From positions 1 to 40,582 of the IMG/VR virus record IMGVR_UViG_3300023103_000002: 40,582 nucleotides of DNA; one strand, 5' to 3'. Source of the DNA: a virus. The translations under genes and the position numbers were made by a program. A model generated the notes under the pieces. That model made no database searches. It saw nothing but the letters and a program-made list of their open reading frames with translations, and was not told the origin of the DNA. Of the stretch, positions 24,989-33,115 are shown one piece after another; the stretch's first letter is position 1; every line of letters begins with the position of its first letter.

Positions 24989-25665
24989 ACCACCCGCACG
25001 AAATATCAAAGCTTGACAATCGAATAACGGTTGTTGAGCAGAAGGTGGGTTCGATTGATAACTCGCTTACTAACCTTCGCGGGGATGTAAGCAATCTTGA
25101 TTCTAAAATGAGTTCGAGATTAGATCAGATAGCCACCAAAATAAATGAGGGGCAAAAGCCACAATGGAGCCTACTGCTACAAGGGCTTGGCATTCTTCTG
25201 GTGTTGATAGGCGCTCTCTTCGGTTTGGGTGTCCTGCCGATAAATCAAACACTTGTTCGCCAAGACAGAGATATATCAGCCCTTCAAACTCAGTTATCCC
25301 GCTCGGATGCCAGCAATCTTAGTGTCGCGGCCTTTAAGGATTATGCTGCTCAAAAGGAAAACGATAAGATACTATTCCGCGCCGAAAACTCAGATAACTT
25401 CAAGAAACGGGACGAGGAAATAAAGACGATTAAAGCAGACCAAGTGCCTAGGAAAGAGCACGAACGTGTGTGGCTTAGTTATGACAGAGAACTAGACGCT
25501 ATAAAAATTAGAATATCATCGGAATCTGCGGACATTCAAAGGCAGATGGATGAAATAAAACAAAATACAGCGTCTGTCTATAATCAGAGAGATATAATTC
25601 AACAGCTCATTGCTGGGCAAGAGAAGTTAAAGGATGAGGTGTCTAAAATTAAAACGACACCGTAA
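24967..25665 (+). CDS. Membrane-anchored coiled-coil protein (232 aa), low GC, last gene of the late strand
   Basis: Central TM (WSLLLQGLGILLVLIGALFGLGVLPI) flanked by heptad-like charged segments. Confidence 0.65.
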   Translation: MPMETTLNHPHEISKLDNRITVVEQKVGSIDNSLTNLRGDVSNLDSKMSSRLDQIATKINEGQKPQWSLLLQGLGILLVLIGALFGLGVLPINQTLVRQDRDISALQTQLSRSDASNLSVAAFKDYAAQKENDKILFRAENSDNFKKRDEEIKTIKADQVPRKEHERVWLSYDRELDAIKIRISSESADIQRQMDEIKQNTASVYNQRDIIQQLIAGQEKLKDEVSKIKTTP

Positions 25666-25818
25666 CGCCGCCGCCCCACTTGCTTATGATATTGGTTCTA
25701 GCGTTTGGCTTAACGCATTTACCGTATACTCCTGCCCTCGAAAGTTTAGCTCTTGCAGCCTCACATGAGGGCAAAGAATCGAACGTCACGAAGGTTAGGC
25801 CGATCACAAGAAACCACA

Positions 25819-26043
25819 TCACCAGCCATGCTTTCTGAGGACTTCAGCGGCTATCTTGCCAGCGGCCCCTCCTAGGTTCTCAATCTCAGAAAGAGCGTCT
25901 TGGAAGTCGTCGCATACTTCAAGTTGGTTCCCCGTTGCAATCGTTACGGGTGCTCCGAATTCGCTTTCTACATGGAATGGATTGCCCTTTATCGCCTTGG
26001 CAGGCTGCTCAAAAACAATCGTTGTGTACTTGTTGTCACTCAT
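25819..26043 (-). CDS. Hypothetical protein (74 aa)
   Basis: ATGA overlap with the upstream gene. Last gene of the leftward operon. Confidence 0.6.
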   Translation of the reverse strand: MSDNKYTTIVFEQPAKAIKGNPFHVESEFGAPVTIATGNQLEVCDDFQDALSEIENLGGAAGKIAAEVLRKHGW

Positions 26044-26870
26044 TCTCCCCCCTCCTGCAACAAAATCACCGCTGCTGCGGCATATACGATCACGCCGTAA
26101 AGCTCGTGGATGGCCTTTTCAACATCTTCGTTCTTAGCCATTCGCGTTGCCTCTTGGGCTTTCTTCATCACCTGGAATGTGTGACCTGCAATTGTTCCGT
26201 CCTGCATCCGCGCGATTTCAAGGATCGGCTGTTGGATAAACGGTTTCCCGTTAGCGTGGCGCTCGTTGCCTTTGCCTGATGCGGCTTGCTCATATGCTTC
26301 ATCGAGAACGGCGCGCAGGGGTTCGTAATTGCTCTCGTGCTGGCACTCTCGTTTGATTGCTTCCTTTTGCTCCGGTGTTTGAAGGGAAGACAATCCGATG
26401 TCAGGAAAGTCAGGGGTATCTCCATACATGAGGCGGGCTGGTTCGTCGCTCCCGCAATCAAGTTCCTCGATGGCCTCGCGCACAAGGTCTTTTTCAGGCG
26501 AGGATCGTCCAGGGTGAAAAAATAACCCGTTTTCGCAAAAATATGATTCTCGTCCACTGTCATCGAATATCCAGTTCCCGCTTCCTAATTTCTGTGCCTT
26601 TCTATGAACGACACCGCGCCCATCAACATAACTCTTTCCTTCTTCAATCTTCAGGGCAGTTTCTTCGTCTGCCCACTCGGCCACAATGTCTTCAGGGCTA
26701 TGATCGGTGAGTAAACAAACACCTGAACCGTAGACATACCACCACGCCCCAGTTTCCACTGATCGGACATACCATTGCCGCCCGCCGACTCCATTGGGCA
26801 TCCACTTCACGATGACCTTCTTGCCCTCACGCGTCCGGTAAAACTCTTCGTCTTCTAATTGTATCGTCAT
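26040..26870 (-). CDS. Hypothetical two-domain protein (276 aa). The C-terminal helical domain has a GKGxERH motif.
   Basis: The N-terminal FYRTREGKK module is similar to that of ORF 1583-2044. The C-terminal AYEQAASGKGNERHANGKPFIQQPILEIAR...ELYGVIVYAAAAVILL looks like a conserved phage helical domain. I cannot assign a function. Confidence 0.7.
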   Translation of the reverse strand: MTIQLEDEEFYRTREGKKVIVKWMPNGVGGRQWYVRSVETGAWWYVYGSGVCLLTDHSPEDIVAEWADEETALKIEEGKSYVDGRGVVHRKAQKLGSGNWIFDDSGRESYFCENGLFFHPGRSSPEKDLVREAIEELDCGSDEPARLMYGDTPDFPDIGLSSLQTPEQKEAIKRECQHESNYEPLRAVLDEAYEQAASGKGNERHANGKPFIQQPILEIARMQDGTIAGHTFQVMKKAQEATRMAKNEDVEKAIHELYGVIVYAAAAVILLQEGGE

Positions 26871-26893
26871 TGCAAAATATCTTTCTCGAAAAA

Positions 26894-27808
26894 TTAGATG
26901 ATGTCGTCGTGGTGCGGAGCTTCCATGATCTCGCCCGTTTCAGGATCGTGTTCAGGAATGAGGGCCGCGTGTTCGATCGTGACGGGTTCACGCTCTGCTG
27001 GCGCGGATGGAACCGCGTTCAGTTTTGCTGCCGCTCCACCGCGCTTTTTGGTGGGCGCTGATGCGGGCTTATCAGTTGCCGCGTCCTGATCCTGATCGAA
27101 GGCATAATCCTCGTCTATGCGCTCGACAGCCTGATGAAACGCGGCTCTGTCATTTGATGATGGCAGGTATTTGGACAGACGACGAAACACAGTCTTTCGC
27201 GCCATCTCTGACCAGTCTGTTGACCACGGCGTTGATTTGATCTTCTGGGCCTTGAACGCCTTGTATGCGTCCGAGCGGTCGCGGATGCGGTTCACGTCAT
27301 CCAAGGTCATTACCTCGTGGACGATCCCGCCATCTTTCAAAACGGCCATGGCATAGACCGCATAAGCCTCGCCTCTGGCCGCGCGCATGTTGATCTCATG
27401 CTTGATCGGCGCGTCGATGTCGGTTGGTGAGTATGAGAACACGTCTGCCTCGCGGGCGATCTCAACCACGATAGATTTGATTTCGCCGCTCTGATAAGCC
27501 AGCTTCAGCAGACCGCGCATCATGGGGCGATATTGCACGTCGCCGTTATAGTCCACGACAAGGGCGGCTTCGCGGCCATCAAGAATGAGTCCATCGGCGG
27601 CGGCTTTGGTGCAAGCGGCCAGCAGTGATTGCGGGTTTTTGACCTTCTCAATATTCCGCGTCAAGGCTATGGCGGTCTGCGCGGTTCGGATGAACCTGTC
27701 TGCGGTGATGTGTCCTGGCAGTGCTTTGGCAAACTCAGGCTTCATCTTGCTGACGTGATCGCGCAGGGTGAGCGCGCCTTTTTCGATGGTGGTCACGGCG
27801 TTGGTCAT
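26894..27808 (-). CDS. recT: RecT-family single-strand annealing recombinase
   Basis: PQSLLAACTKAAADGLILDGREAALVVDYNGDVQYRPMMRGLLKLAYQSGEIKSIVVEIAREADVF follows the RecT core pattern. It is paired with an upstream exonuclease. Confidence 0.85.
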   Translation of the reverse strand: MTNAVTTIEKGALTLRDHVSKMKPEFAKALPGHITADRFIRTAQTAIALTRNIEKVKNPQSLLAACTKAAADGLILDGREAALVVDYNGDVQYRPMMRGLLKLAYQSGEIKSIVVEIAREADVFSYSPTDIDAPIKHEINMRAARGEAYAVYAMAVLKDGGIVHEVMTLDDVNRIRDRSDAYKAFKAQKIKSTPWSTDWSEMARKTVFRRLSKYLPSSNDRAAFHQAVERIDEDYAFDQDQDAATDKPASAPTKKRGGAAAKLNAVPSAPAEREPVTIEHAALIPEHDPETGEIMEAPHHDDII

Positions 27809-27972
27809 TGGTCTGTCCTTAAGATTGTGTCGGCTCGTTGCCGGATGCGTTCGTGTTCACAGATGATGAGGTTGGTGAGAACCTTCTTTGCCTTGGGTCT
27901 TCGCTCTGGCGACATGCGATAAAGATATGCTGCCAGCCAGAACCGTTGCGTCTCTTTCTCCAATGCGGTCAT
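27805..27972 (-). CDS. Hypothetical protein (55 aa) between the exonuclease and recT
   Basis: The track ORF 27805-28077 overlaps the exonuclease gene by 109 nt. The internal ATG at 27972 (MTALEKETQRFW...) gives ATGA overlaps at both ends (27969-27972 and 27805-27808). Confidence 0.5.
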   Translation of the reverse strand: MTALEKETQRFWLAAYLYRMSPERRPKAKKVLTNLIICEHERIRQRADTILRTDQ

Positions 27973-28790
27973 GCAGCTTCCTCCTGCGGCGCGTCTGTCA
28001 GGCGGTATGCCCAACGCTGGAAGGAAAGCTCTTGCACGTCGTCTGGATATCCAGGCCATACGCCAGTTTTCTCGCACTCGGCATACACAGAGAGGGACTT
28101 GCGCATGATCGCGCGGCCTTCATCCACAATGGCGGGCGGCAATTCATAAAGTGCGAACAGGAATGGATCGGTCTTCTCGACCACCAAAAACGCGAAGGCT
28201 TCAACAGGCTGACCGGACGCGATGCCGCCGTCTGTGTAAAAGGCTTCCTGCGCGTGGTATCCGTAATTGACCACGCTGCGGGTGAACGCATCGGGGTGCG
28301 CGCTGGCTGATGTCTTTACGTCAAGGATCATCGCCAGATCAGGGCGGTAAAGATCATCGCGCTTGCGACAAAGGACTTTCGTTTCGTCGTCAATCCAGTA
28401 GGTCGAATGCTCAATCTTAGACTGCTGACTTTGAATGATCTGGTTCAATCGCGGGTTGGCGTGGATCGTGTCGCGGATGATGAGCATTGCGTCATAGTCG
28501 GAAGCTGTCAGCAGCAGCTTCTTTTCCATCTCGGCATAGGCTTGCATGTCCTTCCACTTGTTGCCGCGTCTGTCGTCAGGCCCACGAATGACGCGCTTCT
28601 CGAACGTCTCCGGCTCTAAGACAGCGATGTGTCCGGCTTCGCCAAAAGTGAAATATGTTTCTTCCTTGCGCGGCGCATAAGCATAATGCGCAGGTGATTT
28701 CTCATGGATTGTCCAGAGGCCAGTTTTCGAGATACCCGCTCCCGCGTGGTAATCGTCGTTTGAAATGTCAGGATAAATACCTGGCTGCAT
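27969..28790 (-). CDS. PD-(D/E)XK exonuclease (RecE C-terminal / DUF3799-like), partner of RecT
   Basis: MQPGIYPDISNDDYHAGAGISKTGL... N-terminus and an ILDVKT motif typical of this nuclease family. GGAG lies 8 nt before the ATG at 28790. The track start at 28904 is a TTG with an implausible leader. Confidence 0.75.
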   Translation of the reverse strand: MQPGIYPDISNDDYHAGAGISKTGLWTIHEKSPAHYAYAPRKEETYFTFGEAGHIAVLEPETFEKRVIRGPDDRRGNKWKDMQAYAEMEKKLLLTASDYDAMLIIRDTIHANPRLNQIIQSQQSKIEHSTYWIDDETKVLCRKRDDLYRPDLAMILDVKTSASAHPDAFTRSVVNYGYHAQEAFYTDGGIASGQPVEAFAFLVVEKTDPFLFALYELPPAIVDEGRAIMRKSLSVYAECEKTGVWPGYPDDVQELSFQRWAYRLTDAPQEEAA

Positions 28791-28815
28791 GTTGATCGCT
28801 CCGATGCGTATCTGT

Positions 28816-28878
28816 TGTGATATTCGCACCGTAATAGATCGAGAAAGGGGTGTCAATACGTTTGTTGTGAAATTCACA
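28816..28878 (-). promoter_or_regulatory. Leftward (PL-like) promoter TTGACA-17 nt-TACGGT flanked by two operator-like 15-mers
   Basis: Minus strand: TTGACA at 28856-28851 and TACGGT at 28833-28828. Operator-like TGTGATATTCGCACC at 28816-28830 overlaps the -10. GTTGTGAAATTCACA at 28864-28878 (palindromic core TGTGAAATTCACA) lies upstream of the -35. Confidence 0.5.
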
Positions 28879-29235
28879 TTGACAGGGAAGCGAAAGCGTG
28901 GCAAGTTTTTATCAGGTTCGGCCAGCTAGCGGTGCCGTAAAACACTAGCAGACTGGGAGCCGGGGTTTTGTTTTTTCCCTCGATAGTATGGATGATGAAA
29001 GAGCGTGTTGTGGTATCCGCATTAGTACGGCAATACTGTGGCTCTGCTGTCCCGTTCTCATCCGCGCTTGACCAGTCAATTTTCCCACCCGCAAAGTTTA
29101 GCCCGATGGGATAAAGATATATTTCTGCAAATCTCTACTAAAACTCAACTAAACTCTATGCAATTTATTGATTGGCCATCTTGTTGATACCAACAAAAAG
29201 GTCATAACATACCGCGAGAATGCTCGATATGTTCC

Positions 29236-29269
29236 AAAATATACCATATTGCCAACGTCGGCAATATGG
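29236..29269 (-). terminator. Candidate rho-independent terminator downstream of the repressor gene (minus strand)
   Basis: Perfect 10-bp stem CCATATTGCC / GGCAATATGG (29244-29253 / 29260-29269) with a 6-nt loop. On the minus strand it is followed by TATATTTTGG. Confidence 0.45.
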
Positions 29270-29279
29270 TCAGCGAACT

Positions 29280-29326
29280 GTTTCCATTTTGGAAACGGTT
29301 GGAGTGGTCGTTTCCGAAATGGAAAT
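29280..29326. promoter_or_regulatory. Two 17-bp TTTCC-N7-GGAAA palindromes 30 bp apart (candidate protein-binding sites or RNA hairpins)
   Basis: GTTTCCATTTTGGAAAC at 29280-29296 (perfect) and GTTTCCGAAATGGAAAT at 29310-29326. Confidence 0.4.
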
Positions 29327-29425
29327 AACCACCCTGATAATCAAGGAATAATAGCCAGAACCGGAGTGGCCGTCACAAGCGAGGTTTCTGCTGTCTCGTT
29401 CGTGGCTGAACATCGGATCAGGGCT

Positions 29426-29968
29426 TCACCTGTCTTGCGCGCGCTCGACCTTGGCGAATACCTGCGATCCGTCCTTTATCCTGCAAATGGATAGCGTACC
29501 AATGGCTGCCGGTTCCACACTGTCTGTGTGGCCGAACAAGACAACCGCGTCATCCCAGACAGACAACGCACCAGAAGATGCACGAATTTGTGCAGCTATG
29601 ACTTTGCCATTGTGACTTTTGATTGCGGCCTGCGCCCTATCAATCACGCTTTGAGGTAGGGGCTTTGGCTCGGAGAGTTTCTTTAGGTATCCGCGTTCAT
29701 CAATGATGGCGGCAAGCAAGATGCGTGTCGGCTGGCCGTCCAGATCAATCGCAACGCCTGCATGGCTTAGGACTTCACTGACGGATACCCCCAGGAACAA
29801 CGCAATGCGACTGGCTTCCTCCATCTTCATCTTCCGCTTTCCCGCCAACATCCGAGATGCCGCCGAGGGGTCAATGTCAAGGTGCCGCGCAAGACCGCGC
29901 ACTGTTTTTTGCTTACTTTCCAGGGTTTGCAGAAACCAGTTCCTATCAATTCCCTCAGCAGTTTCCAT
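29426..29968 (-). CDS. CI-like repressor (XRE-type HTH N-terminal domain plus a C-terminal domain without an obvious S24 Ser/Lys dyad)
   Basis: HTH-like QKTVRGLARHLDIDPSAASRMLAGKRKMKMEEASRIALFLGVSVSEVL. Divergent from a Cro-like gene across a 150-bp promoter region. Start is either the ATG at 29968 (METAEG...) or the track start at 30013. Confidence 0.7.
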   Translation of the reverse strand: METAEGIDRNWFLQTLESKQKTVRGLARHLDIDPSAASRMLAGKRKMKMEEASRIALFLGVSVSEVLSHAGVAIDLDGQPTRILLAAIIDERGYLKKLSEPKPLPQSVIDRAQAAIKSHNGKVIAAQIRASSGALSVWDDAVVLFGHTDSVEPAAIGTLSICRIKDGSQVFAKVERAQDR

Positions 29969-30099
29969 TTTCCACCACGCAGTCGGACGAGAACGGGGCG
30001 GAACGTTGCACATTTGGCAACAGGGCGCAAGGATGCGCGGTGATTAGGCAGTCAGCAAGGGAAATTGTTAATCGCACGTGTTTGTCAGTCAATGAACTC

Positions 30100-30128
30100 T
30101 TGACGTTGCGCAAATCACATCGTATGGT
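30100..30128 (+). promoter_or_regulatory. Rightward early promoter (PR-like): TTGACG-17 nt-TATGGT with an operator-like 15-mer in the spacer
   Basis: TTGACG at 30100-30105, TATGGT at 30123-30128, GTTGCGCAAATCACA at 30105-30119. It lies 35 nt upstream of the Cro-like ATG. Confidence 0.6.
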
Positions 30129-30162
30129 GTGTTTACCGCATCATCATGCACAGAGCGAGAAT

Positions 30163-30375
30163 ATGACACCCTGGCAAAAAGTCCAAGCTAAGTTCGGCCT
30201 AAACGCCGCCGCACTGGCGCGGGCGATCAAACGCGACCGCTCGAAGATCAGTCGTCATCTGCGTCACCCTGAAGGGCTGATAAACGGCGAGGATCAAAAG
30301 CGCCTGATGGAAGCTGCTGCGGAACTGAACATTGATTTGCAGCCCGTCGATCTGGTTCCTGAAGCGGTGCGGTGA
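30163..30375 (+). CDS. Cro-like small DNA-binding protein (70 aa)
   Basis: MTPWQKVQAKFGLNAAALARAIKRDRSKISRHL is HTH-like. First gene after the PR-like promoter. The track ORF 29857-30375 extends implausibly into the repressor gene. Confidence 0.6.
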   Translation: MTPWQKVQAKFGLNAAALARAIKRDRSKISRHLRHPEGLINGEDQKRLMEAAAELNIDLQPVDLVPEAVR

Positions 30376-30596
30376 TGGGTGAGAAATCTCGCCCTCCCAT
30401 GACATTCCAGCAGCAAGCCGAATTGCTCGACTACATCTGCAACTCATGCCTCATGGCATCGGACGGGCAATTCGCAACGCTGACAATTACGCATTTAGAC
30501 AAACATCAAATTGACGATTTACGGGCAACAGCCGCGCGGCTTTATCGCATGGCTCCATTTGAGAAGGAAATTAAAAAAGTGGTGACAGGTCGATGA
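30375..30596 (+). CDS. Hypothetical protein (73 aa)
   Basis: TGATG overlap with the Cro-like stop and ATGA overlap with the helicase start. Confidence 0.6.
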   Translation: MGEKSRPPMTFQQQAELLDYICNSCLMASDGQFATLTITHLDKHQIDDLRATAARLYRMAPFEKEIKKVVTGR

Positions 30597-32029
30597 TAAT
30601 ATTACGCCAAGATCAGGAGAATGTCCGTTCAGATTTGCGCGTTGCGCTGCGGTCGCATTCGTCTGTTCTGGTCTACGCGCCAACCGGATTTGGGAAAACC
30701 TGTCTGGCTGCGGCGCTGATTAAGTCGATCTTTGAGGCGAAGAAGCGGGTTATCTTCTGCGTTCATCGCGTTGACTTGATTTTGCAAACGGCCAAAACTT
30801 TCGATCAGTTTGGCATCCCGTACTCATACATCGCTGCGGGTCATCACTTCAACCCCTATCATCGCGTCTACATCGCCTCGATTGCCACGCTGCGCAATCG
30901 TCTTGGCAAAATCCCTGCTGACTTTGTGATGGTGGACGAAGCGCACCTGTCGGCGGCGAATGGATGGGCCGAAGTTGCGCGGCATTATACCGAGACGGGT
31001 GCAAAGCGTATCGGTTTATCTGGGTCGCCTGAGCGATTAGACGGCAAGCCCCTCGGTGACGTGTGGGATCACATGGTCATGGGGCCTTCTGTCCGATGGC
31101 TGATCGAGCAAGGGCACTTATCGAAGTATAGGGCATTCTGTCCTGCTGGCGTTGATCTGACAGGCGTTCACACACGCGGCGGTGATTATGTCACCAGCGA
31201 GATTGACGATCTCATGTCTGGCCGCGCTGTACTTGCGGGCGCTGTCCGGCATTGGAAGAAATACGCCAGGGGAAAACGCACGATTGCCTTTGCTCCATCA
31301 GTTAAGCGCGCTGAACAACTGGCGGCGGAGTTCTGCGCTAACGGCGTGATGGCTGTCGCGCTGGATGGCAACACACCGCAATCGGATCGGTATGCAGCAT
31401 TCATCGGTTTTGCGGATCGTGACATCGAAGTGATCGTCAACTGCGCGCTGTTCTGCGAGGGGTTCGATCTGGCCGCGCAGGTCGGGCGCGACGTGACGAT
31501 TGAGTGCGTCTTGCAATATTCCCCTACAAAATCACTGGCAAAGCATTTGCAGCAATTGGGGCGCGGACTTCGCAAAAAACCGGAACCCGCGATCCTGCTT
31601 GACCTTGTGGGTAATGTTGCCCGCCTCGGTCTGCCGGACGAAGATCGGGAATGGTCGCTGGATGGCAAGGTAAAATCAAAGCGAACCGTTGACTTGATGA
31701 CATGTCCCCAATGCTTTGCCGCGCACGATCCTGCACCGAAGTGTGAGGCTTGCGGTTATGTCTATCCTAAGAAAGATAAGGACGCGATAGGCGAAGGTCG
31801 CGTCATTGACGAAATCGAAGGTGAGCTTGAGGAAGTCGATCAAGAGGCCGTCCGGCTGCATCGCAAGAAAGAGCAGGCCACGGCTGGAACGCTTGATGAT
31901 CTGGTCGCTCTGGCTCGTGCGCGTAATTACAAGAACCCTGAAAAATGGGCGGGATATATCTGGTCGAGCAGACAGGCAAAGCAGGATCGGCGCTTTGAGG
32001 ATCGGGAGATGTCAGCTCATGTGCGCTAA
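30593..32029 (+). CDS. SF2 DEAD/DEAH-box helicase with a C-terminal zinc ribbon
   Basis: Motif I APTGFGKT, motif II MVDEAHLS, motif VI-like QQLGRGLR, and CPQCFAAHDPAPKCEACGY. Confidence 0.9.
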   Translation: MIILRQDQENVRSDLRVALRSHSSVLVYAPTGFGKTCLAAALIKSIFEAKKRVIFCVHRVDLILQTAKTFDQFGIPYSYIAAGHHFNPYHRVYIASIATLRNRLGKIPADFVMVDEAHLSAANGWAEVARHYTETGAKRIGLSGSPERLDGKPLGDVWDHMVMGPSVRWLIEQGHLSKYRAFCPAGVDLTGVHTRGGDYVTSEIDDLMSGRAVLAGAVRHWKKYARGKRTIAFAPSVKRAEQLAAEFCANGVMAVALDGNTPQSDRYAAFIGFADRDIEVIVNCALFCEGFDLAAQVGRDVTIECVLQYSPTKSLAKHLQQLGRGLRKKPEPAILLDLVGNVARLGLPDEDREWSLDGKVKSKRTVDLMTCPQCFAAHDPAPKCEACGYVYPKKDKDAIGEGRVIDEIEGELEEVDQEAVRLHRKKEQATAGTLDDLVALARARNYKNPEKWAGYIWSSRQAKQDRRFEDREMSAHVR

Positions 32030-32663
32030 AAATCAGCTCACGATGCAAGATGCGCAACGTCTGTTCGATTATCGTGATGGCCGATTGTACTGGAAGCACG
32101 TCAGTTCCGGTCAGCGGCGCGACCGAATGGCTGGCGGCATCAAGAAAAGACGTGGACACCAATTGTACCTTATTAATATTGGGGGTGTGGAGTACCAGGC
32201 GCATTACCTGATTTGGAACTTCCACCACGGCATCACGCGGAAAGCGGTGCGTCCAAGCGACGGCGATCTTTTAAACCTGCGCATAGAAAACCTGCATCTT
32301 GTTGAACCGTATGATGGAAATTTTATCAAGGTACAATCAAGGTCGCCGCGAATTTCGTGCCCCTGCTGCCAACAGCGTGTGACGGCTCCGACTTTGGAAG
32401 TGATCGTCGTGAACTTCGGGCTGGCTCCGTTGGAAGCTAAGGTCTTGTCGGCGGTCTGGTCGGCAAAGGGTTTAGCCGTGTCAACTGAAAAGGTTTTCGC
32501 GGAAATGTATGCGGATGATCCCGATGGCGGGCCGTCCAATTCAAAAATGTATTCCGCGTTCAAGGTGGCGCTTAGTCGCCTGCGCGCGAAGATAAGAGGT
32601 TCAGGGGTCAGCATTGAAAACGTTGGCTACGGGCAAGGCTACAGGCTCATATTAGGAGAATAA
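32019..32663 (+). CDS. Degenerate HNH_3-like domain fused to an OmpR/PhoB-type winged-helix DNA-binding domain
   Basis: N-terminus: FDYRDGRLYWKH...QAHYLIWNFHHG...LLNLRIENLHLV, HNH_3-like but with VRPSDGD where DH-I/V-DG is expected. C-terminus: LAPLEAKVLSAVWSAKGLAVSTEKVF...ALSRLRAKIRGSGVSIENVGYGQGYRL, the trans_reg_C pattern. The ATG at 32019 overlaps the helicase 3' end by 11 nt. Confidence 0.65.
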   Translation: MCAKNQLTMQDAQRLFDYRDGRLYWKHVSSGQRRDRMAGGIKKRRGHQLYLINIGGVEYQAHYLIWNFHHGITRKAVRPSDGDLLNLRIENLHLVEPYDGNFIKVQSRSPRISCPCCQQRVTAPTLEVIVVNFGLAPLEAKVLSAVWSAKGLAVSTEKVFAEMYADDPDGGPSNSKMYSAFKVALSRLRAKIRGSGVSIENVGYGQGYRLILGE

Positions 32664-32667
32664 ATTT

Positions 32668-33105
32668 ATGGCCGGATCATTAAATCGTGTGACGCTGGTA
32701 GGGAATTTGGGGCGCGATCCTGAAATTCGCTCTCTGCAAAACGGGGGCAAGGTGGCGACGTTTTCCGTTGCAACCTCTGAAACGTGGAAAGACAAAACCA
32801 CTGGTGAGAAAAAAGAGAAAACCGACTGGCATAATGTCGTTGTCTGGAATGAAGGTCTTGTCGGTGTCATCGACAAGTATGTGAAGAAGGGCACCAAGGT
32901 TCTCGTCGAAGGCAAGCTTGAGACGCGGAAATACGAAAAGGACGGTGTGGAGAAGTACACCACCGAAGTTGTCCTGACTGGTTTCGGCGGGCAATTGATC
33001 TTGCTTGGTGAAAGCGGCGGGTCTAACCGTCCTCCTGCCCCGAGCGAAACAGACAAGCCAGCGACGGCCATGTCTGGTGTTATTGATGATGATATCCCTT
33101 TTTGA
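32668..33105 (+). CDS. ssb: Single-stranded DNA-binding protein
   Basis: LNRVTLVGNLGRDPEIRSLQNGGKVATFSVATSETWKDK...TDWHNVVVW OB-fold signature and an acidic DDDIPF C-terminal tip. Confidence 0.97.
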   Translation: MAGSLNRVTLVGNLGRDPEIRSLQNGGKVATFSVATSETWKDKTTGEKKEKTDWHNVVVWNEGLVGVIDKYVKKGTKVLVEGKLETRKYEKDGVEKYTTEVVLTGFGGQLILLGESGGSNRPPAPSETDKPATAMSGVIDDDIPF

Positions 33106-33115
33106 TCGGTGACGT

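Noticed and set aside
25686-25838. About 50-codon plus-strand ORF (MILVLAFGLTHLPYTPALESL...) in the convergent gap after the late operon.
   Set aside because: It has no SD, overlaps the 3' end of the convergent gene 25819-26043, and its sequence is not convincing. I also saw only weak hairpins here, so I did not call a terminator.
29168-29494. 108-aa plus-strand ORF in the repressor-proximal spacer.
   Set aside because: It has a TTG start with no SD. It is built over palindromes and hairpins and runs 69 nt antisense into the repressor gene. I treat the region as non-coding.
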